NCBI GenBank assembly: GCA_963771275.1 | Contig: CAVYSW010000010.1 | Location: forward strand, 672,001 to 736,000 | Origin: an uncultured Gemmatimonadales bacterium | GTDB taxonomy: Bacteria > Gemmatimonadota > Gemmatimonadetes > Gemmatimonadales > GWC2-71-9 | Reading direction: 5' to 3' | Length of the DNA: 64,000 nucleotides | Shown here: in pieces, positions 61,801 to 64,000 of the stretch | Layout: each line of letters opens with the position of its first letter | Numbering within the stretch: the first letter of the stretch is position 1 | The notes under the pieces: generated by a model | What the model saw: only the letters and a program-made list of their open reading frames with translations | What the model was told of the DNA's origin: nothing | The model's database searches: none | Position numbers and translations under genes: made by a program

Positions 61801-64000
61801 GGCTGTGTCAGGATGACTACTTGAGAGGCCGCGCCGGCCCCCACAGTGACCGTCCCGGATGTCACGCCCGTCAGGCCGGCGGCCGCGAACGACAGCGTAC
61901 GCGGCCCCGCCGTTCCCGTGATGCTGAGATTGGTGAACGTCGCGACCCCGCTCGCGTTGGTCGTCGCCGTCAGGGTCCCGCCCAACGTGCCGCCGCCCGT
62001 TGCGATCGCCGGCGTCACGACGACCCCAGCCTGGCTCACCGCGTTCCCCGCCCCGTCCCGAACCTGCACTGCGGGCTGCACCGGGAAGGCAATCCCACTC
62101 TGTACATTGGCCGACGGTTGGGTCGTGACCGTCAGCTGAGCGGCCGTGCCGGCGGTCACCGTCACCGTCCCCGATGTGGCCGGCGTCAGCCCGGTCGCCG
62201 TGAAGCTCAAGGTGCGGGCACCAATTGTCCCGGTGATGCTGAGATTGGTGAACGTCGCGACCCCACCGGCGTTGGTGCTGGCAGTCAACGTCCCGCCCAA
62301 CGTGCCGCCGCCCGTCGCGATCGCCGCCGTCACGACGACGCCAGCCTGGCTCACCGCGTTCCCCGCCCCGTCCCGGACCTGCACCGCCGGCTGCACCGGG
62401 AAGGCAATCCCGCTCTGGACACTGGCGGACGGTTGCGTCGTGACCGTCAACTGAGCGCCCGTGCCCGCCGTCACCGTCACCGTCCCCGACGTCGCCGCCG
62501 TAACCCCCGTCGCCGTGAAGCTGAGCGTCCGGTCACCTGTCGTCCCCGTGATCACGAGATCGGCAAACGCCGCCACGCCACTGGCGTTCGTCGTGGCCGT
62601 CAGTGTCCCCCCGAGGCTCCCACTACCTGACGCGACCGCGGCGGTCACCACGACTCCTGGCTGGGCCGACGGGTTGCCGGACCCATCGCGCAGCTGGAGC
62701 ACTGGCTGCTGCAGGAAGGCAATCCCACTCTGCGCCGTTGCCGATGGCTGCGTCGTGATGGTCAACTGGGTCGCGGTCCCCGACGACACCGTGACCGTGC
62801 CCGACGTCGCGCCCGTCAACCCAGTTGCCGCGAAGCTCAGCGTCCGGTCGCCGGTCGCTCCCGTGATGCTGAGATTGGTAAACGTCGCCACCCCGGCCGC
62901 ACTGGTCGTCGCTGTCAGCGTCCCGCCCAACGTCCCGGAACCTGTCGCGATCGTCGCGGTCACCACCACGCCACCCTGACTGACCGCATTCCCCGAGACG
63001 TCCCGCACTTGGAGCACCGGCTGCTGGGCGAACGCGATGCCGCTCTGCGCGGCCCCGGACGGTTGGGTCGTAATCGCGAGCTGGGTCGCCGTTCCTGGGC
63101 TCACAGTAACCGTCCCCGACGTCGCCACGGTCAGCCCGGTCGCGGTGAAGCTCAGCGTGCGATCCCCCGTCGCCCCCGTGATGCTGAGATTGGTGAACGT
63201 CGCCACCCCGGCCGCACTGGTCGTCGCCGTCAGCGTCCCACCCAACGTCCCGGCCCCTGTCGCGATCGTGGCCGTCACGACGACCCCGGTCTGGCTTACC
63301 GGGTTCCCCGCCCCGTCCCGCAGCTGGAGCACCGGCTGCTGCAGGAAGGCAATCCCGCTCTGCACCGTGGCCGACGGCTGCGTCGTCAGCGTCAACTGCG
63401 ATGCCGTCCCTGCTGCGACCGTCACCGTCCCCGATGTCGCCGTCGTCAGCCCGGTTGCGGTGAAGCTCAGAGTCCGATCACCGACCAGTCCGGTGATGCT
63501 GACATTGATGAACGTCGCGATCCCGCTGGCGTTGGTCGTGGCCGTCAGCGTCCCCCCGAGGGTCCCGCCACCTGACGCAATCGCGGTCGTCACGACGACC
63601 CCACTCTGACTCACGGCGTTCCCCGAGGCATCCCGCACCTGCAGTACCGGCTGCTGAGGGAACGCAATCCCACTCTGCGCCGCGGTCGATGGCTGCGTGG
63701 TGATGGTCAGCTGGGTCGCCGTCCCCGCCGCCACCGTCACCGTCCCCGATGTCACCCCCGTCAGCCCAGTCGCCGTGAACCTCAGCGTCCGATCACCAGT
63801 CGCTCCCGTGATGCTGAGATTGGTGAACGTCGCCACGCCGCTGGCGTTCGTCGTCGCTGTCAGCGTCCCGCCCAACGTCCCGGAACCTGTCGCGATCGTC
63901 GCGGTCACCACCACGCCACCCTGACTGACCGCATTCCCCGAGACGTCCCGCACTTGGAGCACCGGCTGCTGGGCCAACGCGCTGCCGCTCTGCGCGGTCG
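55868..64000 (-). CDS. Giant Thr/Ala/Gly/Val-rich Ig-like (Big-1/invasin-like) repeat surface protein; 5' end outside window; 1-nt frameshift at 57634
   Basis: ORFs 57336-63977 and 55868-57628 join into one repeat register if one base is removed; about 26 domains of about 105 aa (QL...QP....QSG..F..QP..Q.RD..GN). Confidence 0.85.
56490..59645 (-). repeat. Ten near-identical 315-bp tandem units (TAPS/ATGSPTL type)
   Basis: 315-bp periodicity; units differ at a few recurrent sites. Confidence 0.92.
59950..64000 (-). repeat. About thirteen 315-bp units (TQPS type), including four divergent units at about 60575-61835
   Basis: 105-aa periodicity in the translation; about 125-nt identical tract at 945-bp offset. 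Confidence 0.88.

Noticed and set aside
55881..63924. Series of ~100-aa + strand ORFs over the repeat gene
   Set aside because: Antisense shadows of the repeat units, interrupted at the same register; no independent coding signal
55868..64000. CRISPR array, DGR or shufflon explanation of the repeats
   Set aside because: Units are contiguous in-frame 315-bp coding repeats without spacers; no cas, reverse transcriptase or recombinase; variation is not adenine-specific

Overview
High-GC (roughly 70%) bacterial chromosomal segment, mostly core genome. A Gemmatimonadota/FCB-group origin is inferred from the rplM-rpsI-rpsB-tsf-pyrH-frr order, the archaeal-type ProRS, the AxA|Q signal peptides and the overall gene content; this was not verified by search. 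1-9.4 kb is mainly + strand: ppdK 3' end, Nudix, CrtQ/CruG-like GT2, an unexplained 670-bp intergenic region, mtgA-ligA-polX and an anion transporter. 9.4-52 kb is almost all - strand: tmRNA, a GGDEF protein, tRNA-Arg(UCG), dusB-larB, accD-folC-hisS-lipoprotein-proS-lysA-guaA, mreBCD-mrdA-rodA, rpsO-pnp-M16 peptidase-ald, rplM-rpsI-rpsB-tsf-pyrH-frr-cdsA-dxr-rseP, an acyl-CoA carboxylase operon containing rlmD, tyrA-aroA-cmk-rpsA and a TauE pair. 52.6-64 kb is the accessory part and the best candidate for an undescribed system. It holds a giant (>2700 aa in window) Ig-like repeat surface protein built from 315-bp units, with a 1-nt frameshift at 57634 and a low-GC terminal domain. Directly downstream is a translationally coupled trio: a Zn-ribbon/pseudokinase/TM/PEGA protein, a secreted TPR + FlgD-Ig protein and a small beta-barrel-like protein. 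No CRISPR array, integrase, transposase or rRNA was seen. Several genes have a -10 box 5-7 nt before the ATG and are probably leaderless.
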